16,916 nt of DNA, taken from a bacterium (lineage in GTDB: Bacteria > JAMCPX01). Shown here in pieces: positions 7,218 through 15,441 of the stretch. The DNA is taken from the NCBI GenBank assembly GCA_037439545.1, contig JBBIVV010000042.1, forward strand, positions 1-16,916, given 5' to 3'. Each line of letters starts with the position of its first letter. Within the stretch, counting starts at the first letter, position 1. The position numbers and the translations under genes were made by a program. The notes beneath the pieces are model-generated. The model was not told the origin of the DNA, did not search any database, and saw nothing but the letters and a program-made list of their open reading frames with translations.

Positions 7218-8216
7218 ATGTACAATCTCCTTGTTTCGTTCAACGCACCAGATCATGAAAAAGAGACTATCGACAAAACGGTAAGAGGATTCTGCACGAC
7301 GTCGTATCTGCTCGACATACCGCATGCCGAAAGAGCACGTTTCATATCCGGAGCGGACATCCTGCTCTCGTGGAACCCTTCAATGGAATATGAAGAGGGC
7401 GAGTTCGCACTCATGGGTAACGCCAAGCTGCTCCAGCTTGTTTCTGCCGGTGCAGATCATCTTCCTTTCGAGAAGCTGAAAACCGGCATGATCGTTGCGG
7501 GAAACAGTGGTGCGTATGCGATGCCCATGGCAGAACATGTTATGGCAATGATGCTCGCACTTTTGAAAAAGCTCGTGCTCGGACACAAGCGGTTATCCGA
7601 AGGCGTGTTTGAGCATATCGATACCAGGATGCTCGCCGGTCTTTCGTGCGGGATACTGGGTTACGGCGGCATAGGCAAGGCCGTTGCCTGTTACCTGCGT
7701 GCTTTTCATGTGAAAGTACTCGTAATCAACACCTCGGGCACGACAGACGAGGACGTCGCATTCAGCGGTACGCTCAGAGATCTCGATTGCGTTCTGTCGC
7801 AATCGGACATCGTGGTCGTATCGCTTCCCCTGACCAGGCGCACGAGAGGGATCATCGGAAAATCACAGCTCGACGCAATGAAAAAAGATGCAGTTCTGAT
7901 AAACGTTGCCCGGGGCGAGATAATTGACGAGGGGGCATTGTACGGCCATTTGAAGGCCAACCCGTATTGTATGGCAGGTATTGACGCTTGGTGGGTGGAA
8001 CCGTTCAGACACGGCGAGTTCCGCATCAACTATCCATTTTTCGAACTGCCGAACGTGCTCGGTTCGCCGCACAACTCGTCCATCGTTCCGCAGGTTATTG
8101 AGATGGGCGTCCATGCTGCGCTGGAAAACATCATACGGTTTGCAAAACGAGAAAAGCTCAAAGGCGTCGTGGACTTCGAAGACTATATTGATCCGAAAAA
8201 TGCGTTGGCAAAATAG
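7218..8216 (+). CDS. D-isomer-specific 2-hydroxyacid dehydrogenase, NAD(P)-dependent (glyoxylate/hydroxypyruvate reductase-like)
   Basis: SAGADH, MAEHV, Rossmann GILGYGGIG, LPLT..T.GII, INVARG (Arg), DAWWVEP (Glu), SPHNS (His); AAGGCGG RBS. Confidence 0.92.
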   Translation: MYNLLVSFNAPDHEKETIDKTVRGFCTTSYLLDIPHAERARFISGADILLSWNPSMEYEEGEFALMGNAKLLQLVSAGADHLPFEKLKTGMIVAGNSGAYAMPMAEHVMAMMLALLKKLVLGHKRLSEGVFEHIDTRMLAGLSCGILGYGGIGKAVACYLRAFHVKVLVINTSGTTDEDVAFSGTLRDLDCVLSQSDIVVVSLPLTRRTRGIIGKSQLDAMKKDAVLINVARGEIIDEGALYGHLKANPYCMAGIDAWWVEPFRHGEFRINYPFFELPNVLGSPHNSSIVPQVIEMGVHAALENIIRFAKREKLKGVVDFEDYIDPKNALAK

Positions 8217-8264
8217 GAAAGCCGGAAACATGGGTGTCCCTGTGTTTACTTTATGTCTGTGCGA

Positions 8265-9251
8265 TTACCCTGTGTGTTTCATCGTTTTAAATTCTTCCAT
8301 AAGCACAGGGAGAAATTCCGTAAGGTCTTCGACAACGCAGTAATCCGCAATACCGAATATCCGTGCCTGCGGATCGGTGTTAACCGCAATGATTGTCTGA
8401 GCGCCCCTGATACCGGAGATATGCTGTAGTGCTCCTGATATACCGCACGCAAAGTAAAGCTTAGGTGAAACCGTAGCACCGGTGACCCCAACCTGATGAC
8501 TGTATTCCATCCATCCTGCATCGCACACAGGTCTTGAGCAGCCCACTGCCGATTTCTTGAATATGCCTGCAAGGTCATACAGGAGCTGCAGGTTTTCTTT
8601 TTTGCCTATACCGCGTCCGGCTGAAACAATGACCTCGCTTTTTGCTATGTCCGTACCTTTATAAACAGCATGTTTAATTTCAACAGTCCTGCTTTTACAC
8701 GCCTCTATGTCCGGTGTTCTGGTACTGATACGCCCTGTATTGCCCGATGAGTTGCTTGCTGCCTGCCATGCACCGGGCTGTACGGTTATGACGGTACTTT
8801 TTGTTTCCGGGACAACTTCTGCATAAAGCCTGCCGCTCGACAGAGACCGTATAAAGGAATGTTTGCCCTTGTCATGGTTTATGTCTTCTACTGCTGTTAT
8901 GCACGATGCCTTGAGTTTTATCGCAAGCGCCGGTGCAAGGTCGAATCCGGTCGATGTGTGAGGTAAAACGACATATTCCGGTGCAAGGTCATTCAGCGTG
9001 CCGGTCAACGCCCGCACATACGCTTCCGCATTGTAGAATTGCAACAGGCTATGCTCGAGGGCTATAACTTCCATGCCTGATGTATCTGCTATTTCCCGTG
9101 CAGCCTTCTCCGTCTGTTCCCCGGGTATAATGACCTCGATACGGGAACAGTCTTTATCGCACAGCTCCAGTGCGCATGCTATTGCCTCGTAGGTAATGGG
9201 ATCAACCGCGTTTTGCGAGTGTTGGGCTATCACTGCGATATTATTTTTCAA
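8265..9251 (-). CDS. etfA: Electron transfer flavoprotein alpha subunit
   Basis: VSAGRGIG, VGCSRPVCDAGW, QVGVTG, PKLYFACGISGALQH, IAVNTDPQA; the TTG start overlaps the etfB stop (TTGA). Confidence 0.94.
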   Translation of the reverse strand: MKNNIAVIAQHSQNAVDPITYEAIACALELCDKDCSRIEVIIPGEQTEKAAREIADTSGMEVIALEHSLLQFYNAEAYVRALTGTLNDLAPEYVVLPHTSTGFDLAPALAIKLKASCITAVEDINHDKGKHSFIRSLSSGRLYAEVVPETKSTVITVQPGAWQAASNSSGNTGRISTRTPDIEACKSRTVEIKHAVYKGTDIAKSEVIVSAGRGIGKKENLQLLYDLAGIFKKSAVGCSRPVCDAGWMEYSHQVGVTGATVSPKLYFACGISGALQHISGIRGAQTIIAVNTDPQARIFGIADYCVVEDLTEFLPVLMEEFKTMKHTG

Positions 9252-10018
9252 ATAAATACCTTTTCGTGGAGTATCCTGAGCAATTCTGCCGCTTTTTCCC
9301 TCTGAGAGCCTTGTAAGAATACACCTTTTGGTTTCAGCTCCGGTATAAATATCCTTATAACTTTCTCCCGGTTTTCAGACGCATCAAAATCCTTTGCAGG
9401 AACCTCTATGATCTTTTGCTGTCTTGCCCTCAGTATATTGGAAAGTGACGGGTACCGCGGTTTATTAATGCCTGATTGGATGCTCAGCACACATGGCATA
9501 GAAAGCTCGATGCACTCCCTGCTTCTGTTATCGCATTCTCTTTCAACATACAGGCTCTGCCCTGTTGCCATTTTCTGATACATCACCGATGTTGCATACG
9601 GATAATCCAGCATGCCTGCAATCATCTGGCCGGTCTGCATCTGCATATCATCCTCAGCCATTACGCCTGTGAGTATGATATCGTAGTGTTTGTCCTTTGC
9701 ATACGCTGCAACGAGCGATGCGGCGTGATAGGGTGAAACATACCCTTCTTTATCATGGCGGACATGTATGCCTTCATCTGCGCCCATTTCCATTGCTCTC
9801 TTTACGGCCGCCTCAACCCTTGCCGGCCCGACGGACAGAGCATGCACCTCCGTCTTGTCCGTGCACTCTTTTATGAGCAGGGCTTCTTCAAGCGCATACT
9901 CGTCATAACCGTTGATCCTGAAGCCCCCGGGCTTGTAGTGAACCCACGAAGTATTCGTGTCTATGGTCATATCCGTTCCGGACATATAAACCTGCTTTAT
10001 GCATACGAGGACCTTCAT
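9248..10018 (-). CDS. etfB: Electron transfer flavoprotein beta subunit
   Basis: MKVLVCIKQV, INGYDEYALEEAL, AMEMGAD, QTGQMIAG, INKPRYPSL; ATG 10018 preferred over TTG 10024. Confidence 0.94.
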   Translation of the reverse strand: MKVLVCIKQVYMSGTDMTIDTNTSWVHYKPGGFRINGYDEYALEEALLIKECTDKTEVHALSVGPARVEAAVKRAMEMGADEGIHVRHDKEGYVSPYHAASLVAAYAKDKHYDIILTGVMAEDDMQMQTGQMIAGMLDYPYATSVMYQKMATGQSLYVERECDNRSRECIELSMPCVLSIQSGINKPRYPSLSNILRARQQKIIEVPAKDFDASENREKVIRIFIPELKPKGVFLQGSQREKAAELLRILHEKVFI

Positions 10019-10028
10019 ATACAATAGT

Positions 10029-10086
10029 CTTTATCATAAAAACGGGAGCTTCTCTATAAAATGACCTGCGATGAAATATGATAAAG
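10029..10086. repeat. 10-bp perfect inverted repeat upstream of etfB
   Basis: CTTTATCATA (10029-10038) and TATGATAAAG (10077-10086), 38 nt apart. Confidence 0.55.
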
Positions 10087-10116
10087 GGCATCTCGGCCGG
10101 CACCCTGCTTCCGGAC

Positions 10117-11307
10117 TTATATATTAATATGAATGACCCGTGCAGGAGGCATGCCGTTGAAATTTGTCGAGGAAGCTGTCGTATAAGCACCCATGTTTTC
10201 CGTGTAAACCAGATCACCTTCTTGTAAATCCGGGAGGAAAATCTTTCCGGTATTGTGGATATATTCATTCTCAGAGAGGGTATCCAATCCATCACAGGTG
10301 GGGCCGAACAACCTGCATTCTTTCAGTTCCCCGTCTTTAATGGCTGTTACCTTTATGGGTATATGATCATAAATTAACGCTGAAAAGGTATGGTAGACTC
10401 CGTCATCGATATGATAGGAAGGCGGGTTCGTCGAATGTTTCGCAAGTATAACGCTTGCAACGTCTGTCCCTGCATTCGCAACGAGAAACCTTCCCGGCTC
10501 CGCGAGCAGCAGCACTTTATCTTTCGGGAATAACTTATCGAGCTCTTTATTGATTATGGCTGCAAGCCCTTCGAAAGACTGCTCGTCTCCGTTGTATTTT
10601 ACGGGAAACCCTCCTCCTATGTCCACGATCTTTATAGGATAGCCCTTTGTCACTGTTTCCCCGATCGCATAGCCTTTTGATTCGGCTTCTTTGAAGACTT
10701 CAGCAACAGTCCTTAATGCCTTTACAAAATTTTTCGGCTTATTGCACTGGCTTCCCGCATGGAAGCTTATACCCTCGACTTTCATACCGTTCTCTATCGT
10801 TTTTTCTATGAGACCTAATGCCTGTTCCGGATCGATCCCGAATTTATTCGAAAATTTCACCACAGAACCTTCGTCTGAAATTTTTATCCTCAAGAGCAGT
10901 CCCGCATCCGGACAGTGTATTTTTGTTTTTTGCATTTCTTCGATACTGTCATAGGTCAGGAGCGGCTTGTATAAATTCAAGACATGCAGCGAGTCCTGCT
11001 TCTTAACGGGGTTCGCATAGATAACGTTGTTCCAGATAAAATTCTGCAGTTCCTTTGGCTCAAGATGTTTTACCAGATCAAAGATCAGATTGAATTCATT
11101 AAGAGAAGCTACATCGAAGCTCGAGCCGAGCTTTAACAATGTTTTCAATATTTCAGGATCAGAGTTTGCTTTTGTTGCATAATAGATCTGAACCCTTGGA
11201 AGTCTTACTCTGAATTCCAGATAGTTTTTTCTTATCTGCTCATGATCGATTATCAGGAGCGGTGTCCCGTTTTCCTCAGCCAGTTTTTTTATAGTTTCTT
11301 TGTCCAT
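10117..11307 (-). CDS. Ornithine (or lysine/ornithine) decarboxylase, fold-type III PLP enzyme
   Basis: YATKAN (PLP Lys), FDVAS, SFHAGSQC, DIGGGF, EPGRF, LIYDH, GPTCDGLD, MGAYT; 3 nt downstream of hss. Confidence 0.92.
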   Translation of the reverse strand: MDKETIKKLAEENGTPLLIIDHEQIRKNYLEFRVRLPRVQIYYATKANSDPEILKTLLKLGSSFDVASLNEFNLIFDLVKHLEPKELQNFIWNNVIYANPVKKQDSLHVLNLYKPLLTYDSIEEMQKTKIHCPDAGLLLRIKISDEGSVVKFSNKFGIDPEQALGLIEKTIENGMKVEGISFHAGSQCNKPKNFVKALRTVAEVFKEAESKGYAIGETVTKGYPIKIVDIGGGFPVKYNGDEQSFEGLAAIINKELDKLFPKDKVLLLAEPGRFLVANAGTDVASVILAKHSTNPPSYHIDDGVYHTFSALIYDHIPIKVTAIKDGELKECRLFGPTCDGLDTLSENEYIHNTGKIFLPDLQEGDLVYTENMGAYTTASSTNFNGMPPARVIHINI

Positions 11308-11310
11308 TTT

Positions 11311-12768
11311 TTAAGGCAAAGGTTTGAAACATTCAAACTGCCACGGATCTTCATCTACGTTGTGTTCGGGGTTTTCTTTAAAGAAGACGGTCCTGTTTTT
11401 CAGCGGATCCCAGTCGTAGGGTTTCGAATGCAGCTCTCCGAGGTAAGGCTTTGCTATAGTTAAAATATAATCATGGGGCATATCGTCCGGAATAAGGATC
11501 CCCTTTCTTGGATTTTCAATCATGTATCTTACTGCTGAAACGACCCCGGCGGCCACCTGGAGCGTCGTCGCATTCTGTCCTGGAGCGAGTTTTCTTGTTT
11601 CTTCGATGCTCAGTATCGAACCTGTCCACCATGAGCTGTAGGGATGCCCCATCAATAATGCACCCAGAATGTCCTTCCCTGAGGTAATCTCATCGGTCAT
11701 TATTCTTAATTTCGGCTGTAACACATAATTTCTTGCCCTTAATTCTGCAAGGGAAACTATTGCTTCATGGCAGGGCATGTAAGCATAATGAACTGTCGGC
11801 CGGTAGATTGCACGGCCCTCTTCATCGTAGACCGTCAGCTTGTCTGAAATCCCGAACGCCTCTCCATGTCTTATTATCATGCCTTCTATCGGTCCGATTT
11901 CAGGAATGAATGATTTGACCCTGATGTTCATTCCCATTTGTGCAAGAAATATCTGGTTTTTCGGACCATACGGGGCTTCAAATGCAAGCGGCGGTAATTT
12001 TTTTTCATGAGTCCCCCAGCCCATCTCTGCCGGGGCTATCCCTTCCTCCCGGAAACCTTCAATACTCCAGGTATTGACAAATTCGTCGACCTCTTTCGGC
12101 TTGTTCGTTATCTGGGTATCTCTTTCACTGCAATGGATTACCTTGACCCCGAGCACCCGTGCAAGATTCGGGAAATCCTTCGCTTTTTTATGGCTCGATA
12201 ATTCTTCAAGCACGGCGCCTGAAAACTTCTTATTTTTAATAACCTTGTCCGCGATATCCATCAATCCCTGTTTTGTAAAGTGAGAAATTAACCCCGGATT
12301 TGCTCCATGGTCCAGAACTGCTGTCACTGAATCCGCGAATTCTTCCTTCAGCTTCTTTATCTGCATCTGCCTCCAGTAAAGGGTCTTTTCAAAAATATCC
12401 TTACTTTTATAGGGGTCCCATACCTCAACCGAGGTATCTACATACAGCGCATTGTTCTTATGGCACCAGGTCAACGTGTCCATGGTTTCTATGTTCCATG
12501 CCAGGTCAACGACGAGTCCATTCTTTCCTGCATAGGTATCGAGGGTCGATATCAGGTTCCCGGGCGTAATTTTTTTCCGTAAAAATTTTATTCCTGTTTC
12601 CGTGAACGGCTTGAGTTCGGAAGATTTATCTTCAGAGTCGATAATCGTTATATTTTTCCTCGGTGCATCTATATGATCCAGAAAAATCGGGAGCGTGCAC
12701 CGTGAAACAGCGCCGTACCCTATAATTAAAATTTTATCGTTGAAGCTTAGTTTCATAATTTTAGTCAC
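11311..12768 (-). CDS. hss: Homospermidine synthase
   Basis: N-terminal Rossmann IIGYGAV, YVDTSVEVW, HGANPGLISHF, IHCSERDTQ, FVNTWSIEG, HGEA, YRPTVHYAY, QNATTLQV, DPWQF; the start could be GTG 12768 or ATG 12756. Confidence 0.93.
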   Translation of the reverse strand: MTKIMKLSFNDKILIIGYGAVSRCTLPIFLDHIDAPRKNITIIDSEDKSSELKPFTETGIKFLRKKITPGNLISTLDTYAGKNGLVVDLAWNIETMDTLTWCHKNNALYVDTSVEVWDPYKSKDIFEKTLYWRQMQIKKLKEEFADSVTAVLDHGANPGLISHFTKQGLMDIADKVIKNKKFSGAVLEELSSHKKAKDFPNLARVLGVKVIHCSERDTQITNKPKEVDEFVNTWSIEGFREEGIAPAEMGWGTHEKKLPPLAFEAPYGPKNQIFLAQMGMNIRVKSFIPEIGPIEGMIIRHGEAFGISDKLTVYDEEGRAIYRPTVHYAYMPCHEAIVSLAELRARNYVLQPKLRIMTDEITSGKDILGALLMGHPYSSWWTGSILSIEETRKLAPGQNATTLQVAAGVVSAVRYMIENPRKGILIPDDMPHDYILTIAKPYLGELHSKPYDWDPLKNRTVFFKENPEHNVDEDPWQFECFKPLP

Positions 12769-12810
12769 TGCAATAAATAAAGAAATGTTTCTATTAAGTC
12801 AATGGTTTTT

Positions 12811-14424
12811 TTAAACCGCTCGTTCCCACCGGCCGATCTTTTTGCTTCCTACAAAATCATGGAAGTGCCGGAACTGAGCGAGGAGCGTGATGGTACGCCG
12901 CATGAGACGGGGATATTCCTTCCATGAGCGGATGATGTTACGGAAAAATAATCTCCGCACCGCTGAATCCGAAGCAAAGAGAAAATACTTCATCATGGTC
13001 ATTGACAGGGCAAGCTGCTTTAAGTCCGCCTTTTTATGAACATACAGGGGACTCGTATAGGTAACCTGTTCAAGCCATTTTTTAACCCTGCCGTCAAACC
13101 GCTCGGGCTCGTAAATCTTTTGGAATAGATTCCAGAAGTTTTGCCGGAGCGCTTCTCTGCTCATCTGCTTGGGAATAATATTGGTGTATAATTGCCATTC
13201 ACCGGAAAAATCCTCCCCGACAAGCCTGTTGTCCTTTTTCAGACGATCAAAGAGCTGCGTGTTCTTTGGTGCATTCAAAAGACTGATACAGGCGATAGGG
13301 GAAGACGTATCCTCGATAAACCTGTAGAGCTCGTCAAACACCGAGGCGTCATCGTGATCGAAGCCCACGATAAGACCTAAAAAAGGTACTATACCGTAAC
13401 GGGAAATCCTCTTTATCCGTTCCCTTATATCATGCCTGACGTTCTGGATTTTATGGATCTCTTCAAGGCTTTCCTTCCTGACAGTCTCGACACCGAGGAA
13501 CAGCACCGAAAACCTCGCATCTGCAAACATCTTCAGCAATCCTTCATCGTCGGCTACATTCAGGGTAATCTGCGTGGAAAAAGAGAGCGGATGCGATTGC
13601 TTCGTGTTCCATTGGATGAGCGCATGTAGAAGTTTTCTGGTAAACGATTGGCTGCCGAGAAAATTATCGTCGGAAAAGAACACCGAATTGGCACCGATGC
13701 GATGGGCATTTTTTACTTCATCAAGTATATGATCGACCGGTTTTGTCCTGTAGCGTCTTCCTAAATATTGGATGACATCGCAGAAATCGCAGCGGTTCGG
13801 ACATCCGCGGCTTGTTTGCACCGTAAGGTTCACATAGTCCTTTGCTTTAATGAGGGACCAGTCCGGAAGAGGGCTGTCTTTGAGATTAATGTGCGATTCC
13901 TGGATGTAGCATGGCTGTGCATTACCATCGCGCCACTGGCGTAAAAACAACGGCCAGGTATATTCCGACTCGCCGATAAAAAGGTGGTCTGCAATACCCG
14001 CACATTGGTCTCTGTAGATACTGGCATAGGATCCCCCGAGTGCCACCTGCCTACCTTTGCTCCGGAAGCCCTGACATATCTCCGCAATCCGGCGTGCATG
14101 GAGAGTACTGCCTGTAACGGCAACAAGGTCGCACGGCATGTCCCAATCAATCCGTGAAACGTTTTCATCGCCCAGGACGTACTCCACGGATACATCGGGC
14201 GGGGTCAATGCCATAAGCGTGGCAAGCGCTGCATTCGGCATCAGGGTCTTTGCTCCGATTACTTCAACGGTCCCTTGTAAAGACCAGACATTTGGGGGAT
14301 GGCGGGGTGCTATCAGATAAATCCTCAGGAACCTGGGCCCCTGTCCATAGCGCTTTACCTTGTAAGAGAAAACCTTTAATTTTAACCTGTGTTTTACCGA
14401 TTTCAAACCCGGGAGCAGGGTCAT
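12811..14424 (-). CDS. Cobalamin-binding radical SAM protein (HpnP-like architecture with a DUF4070-like C-terminus)
   Basis: B12 domain (PNAALATLMALTP, DENV, ALGGSYAS, IGESE); TSRGCPNRCDFC; FFSDDNF; FLGVET; IVGFDHD; GAGG RBS before ATG 14424; start uncertain because of a basic N-terminal extension. Confidence 0.9.
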   Translation of the reverse strand: MTLLPGLKSVKHRLKLKVFSYKVKRYGQGPRFLRIYLIAPRHPPNVWSLQGTVEVIGAKTLMPNAALATLMALTPPDVSVEYVLGDENVSRIDWDMPCDLVAVTGSTLHARRIAEICQGFRSKGRQVALGGSYASIYRDQCAGIADHLFIGESEYTWPLFLRQWRDGNAQPCYIQESHINLKDSPLPDWSLIKAKDYVNLTVQTSRGCPNRCDFCDVIQYLGRRYRTKPVDHILDEVKNAHRIGANSVFFSDDNFLGSQSFTRKLLHALIQWNTKQSHPLSFSTQITLNVADDEGLLKMFADARFSVLFLGVETVRKESLEEIHKIQNVRHDIRERIKRISRYGIVPFLGLIVGFDHDDASVFDELYRFIEDTSSPIACISLLNAPKNTQLFDRLKKDNRLVGEDFSGEWQLYTNIIPKQMSREALRQNFWNLFQKIYEPERFDGRVKKWLEQVTYTSPLYVHKKADLKQLALSMTMMKYFLFASDSAVRRLFFRNIIRSWKEYPRLMRRTITLLAQFRHFHDFVGSKKIGRWERAV

Positions 14425-14537
14425 ACCGCTGCCTCAGTATAAACCGATTGAGAAAGAAGTTCTCCGGCAAGGTTCCCTTTTATAGATGTCATGTCCATGA
14501 GATGCGATCTTCTACCATAGCCGGTAAACCATGTCAT
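14421..14537 (-). CDS. Possible 38-aa peptide overlapping the rSAM start (ATGA)
   Basis: MTWFTGYGRRSHLMDMTSIKGNLAGELLSQSVYTEAAV fills most of the deacetylase-rSAM gap; its TGA overlaps ATG 14424; no clear SD. Confidence 0.2.
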   Translation of the reverse strand: MTWFTGYGRRSHLMDMTSIKGNLAGELLSQSVYTEAAV

Positions 14538-14556
14538 CAAAAAAATGGCACTGTAC

Positions 14557-15441
14557 TTATGAGAGTATTTTTCCTCCGCTACGACCTCGAGCCGTATTCC
14601 CGCTGAAGGCTTCGGCAGAAGAGACCATGACAGGCCGTCCGAGCAAACCGGAAAGTGAAACAATCCTGAGCCCTTTTGCCCGTATCCCGGTGATCACCTG
14701 CTCGACCTCTTTGAGCCAGTGCCCGGCCGTCTCATTGTTTTTGGGTGCGCAATCGTGCAGCATGATAATATCACCGGCTTTCACCTGCCGGACGATACGG
14801 CGTGCAATGCCGGATACCCTGTGGTTTCCCCGGTCAAGGGCGCGGCAACTGAAGGTGACACAGTATAATCCCCTGCTGAGAAGCTGGGGCCATAACCTCG
14901 GGTTTATGATACCGGCAGGAGGTCTGAATGTCAGGGGGCGAACGCCGAACGCTTCCAGCGCATCCTGGCATTTTTCGATTTCTGTTCCGAGCTTGTTCGA
15001 TGACCTCAGCATGAGAAAAACATCATGGTTCATGGTATGATTCCCGATGTCATGTCCTTTGGAAAGGATTTCGTTTATGAGTTCCGGATACGCTGCTGCC
15101 TTTGAACCGATCACAAAATGTGTGGCATGTATGCCATATTTTTCCAGCAGTCCCAGTAAAAGATGCGTGGTTTCCGGAGACGGCCCGTCATCGAATGTGA
15201 GTGACACGGCATTCTTATTCTTGTCTCCCCGTGTAACGACAGGCATGAAGAACCTTAACCAGGGAAAGAACGGGGCAATGAGGCAAAGGAGGACAAAGAG
15301 TACCAGTGGAATAATGGAAAGGATGGTCGATACGAAAGCGAGGACAATGGCAATCAGGATTGCACCGATCCCGGCAAGTACTGCAGGGGAAAGCGGAAAC
15401 ACCGTCACCCTCCGGGGTGTTATCGGATCAGTTTTTCCCAT
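14557..15441 (-). CDS. Polysaccharide deacetylase (CE4/NodB) family protein with an N-terminal membrane anchor
   Basis: Two hydrophobic N-terminal segments; TFDDGP, HTMNH, FRPPAG, IMLHD motifs; overlaps the upstream rSAM by 22 nt. Confidence 0.92.
   Translation of the reverse strand: MGKTDPITPRRVTVFPLSPAVLAGIGAILIAIVLAFVSTILSIIPLVLFVLLCLIAPFFPWLRFFMPVVTRGDKNKNAVSLTFDDGPSPETTHLLLGLLEKYGIHATHFVIGSKAAAYPELINEILSKGHDIGNHTMNHDVFLMLRSSNKLGTEIEKCQDALEAFGVRPLTFRPPAGIINPRLWPQLLSRGLYCVTFSCRALDRGNHRVSGIARRIVRQVKAGDIIMLHDCAPKNNETAGHWLKEVEQVITGIRAKGLRIVSLSGLLGRPVMVSSAEAFSGNTARGRSGGKILS

Noticed and set aside
8227..8248. Bidirectional terminator between the dehydrogenase and etfA
   Set aside because: The stem is short and bulged and lacks a separate U-tract; possible, but too weak to call.
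9903..10295. 130-aa minus-strand ORF bridging odc and etfB (possible frameshift fusion)
   Set aside because: Both flanking genes are complete in their own frames and the peptide has no recognisable features.
14546..14561. Sigma54 promoter (TGGCAC...)
   Set aside because: It lacks the -12 GC and points antisense to the operon.
14421..14663. Full 80-aa version of the small ORF
   Set aside because: Its first 107 nt overlap the deacetylase in another frame; only the 38-aa portion is kept as a weak candidate.
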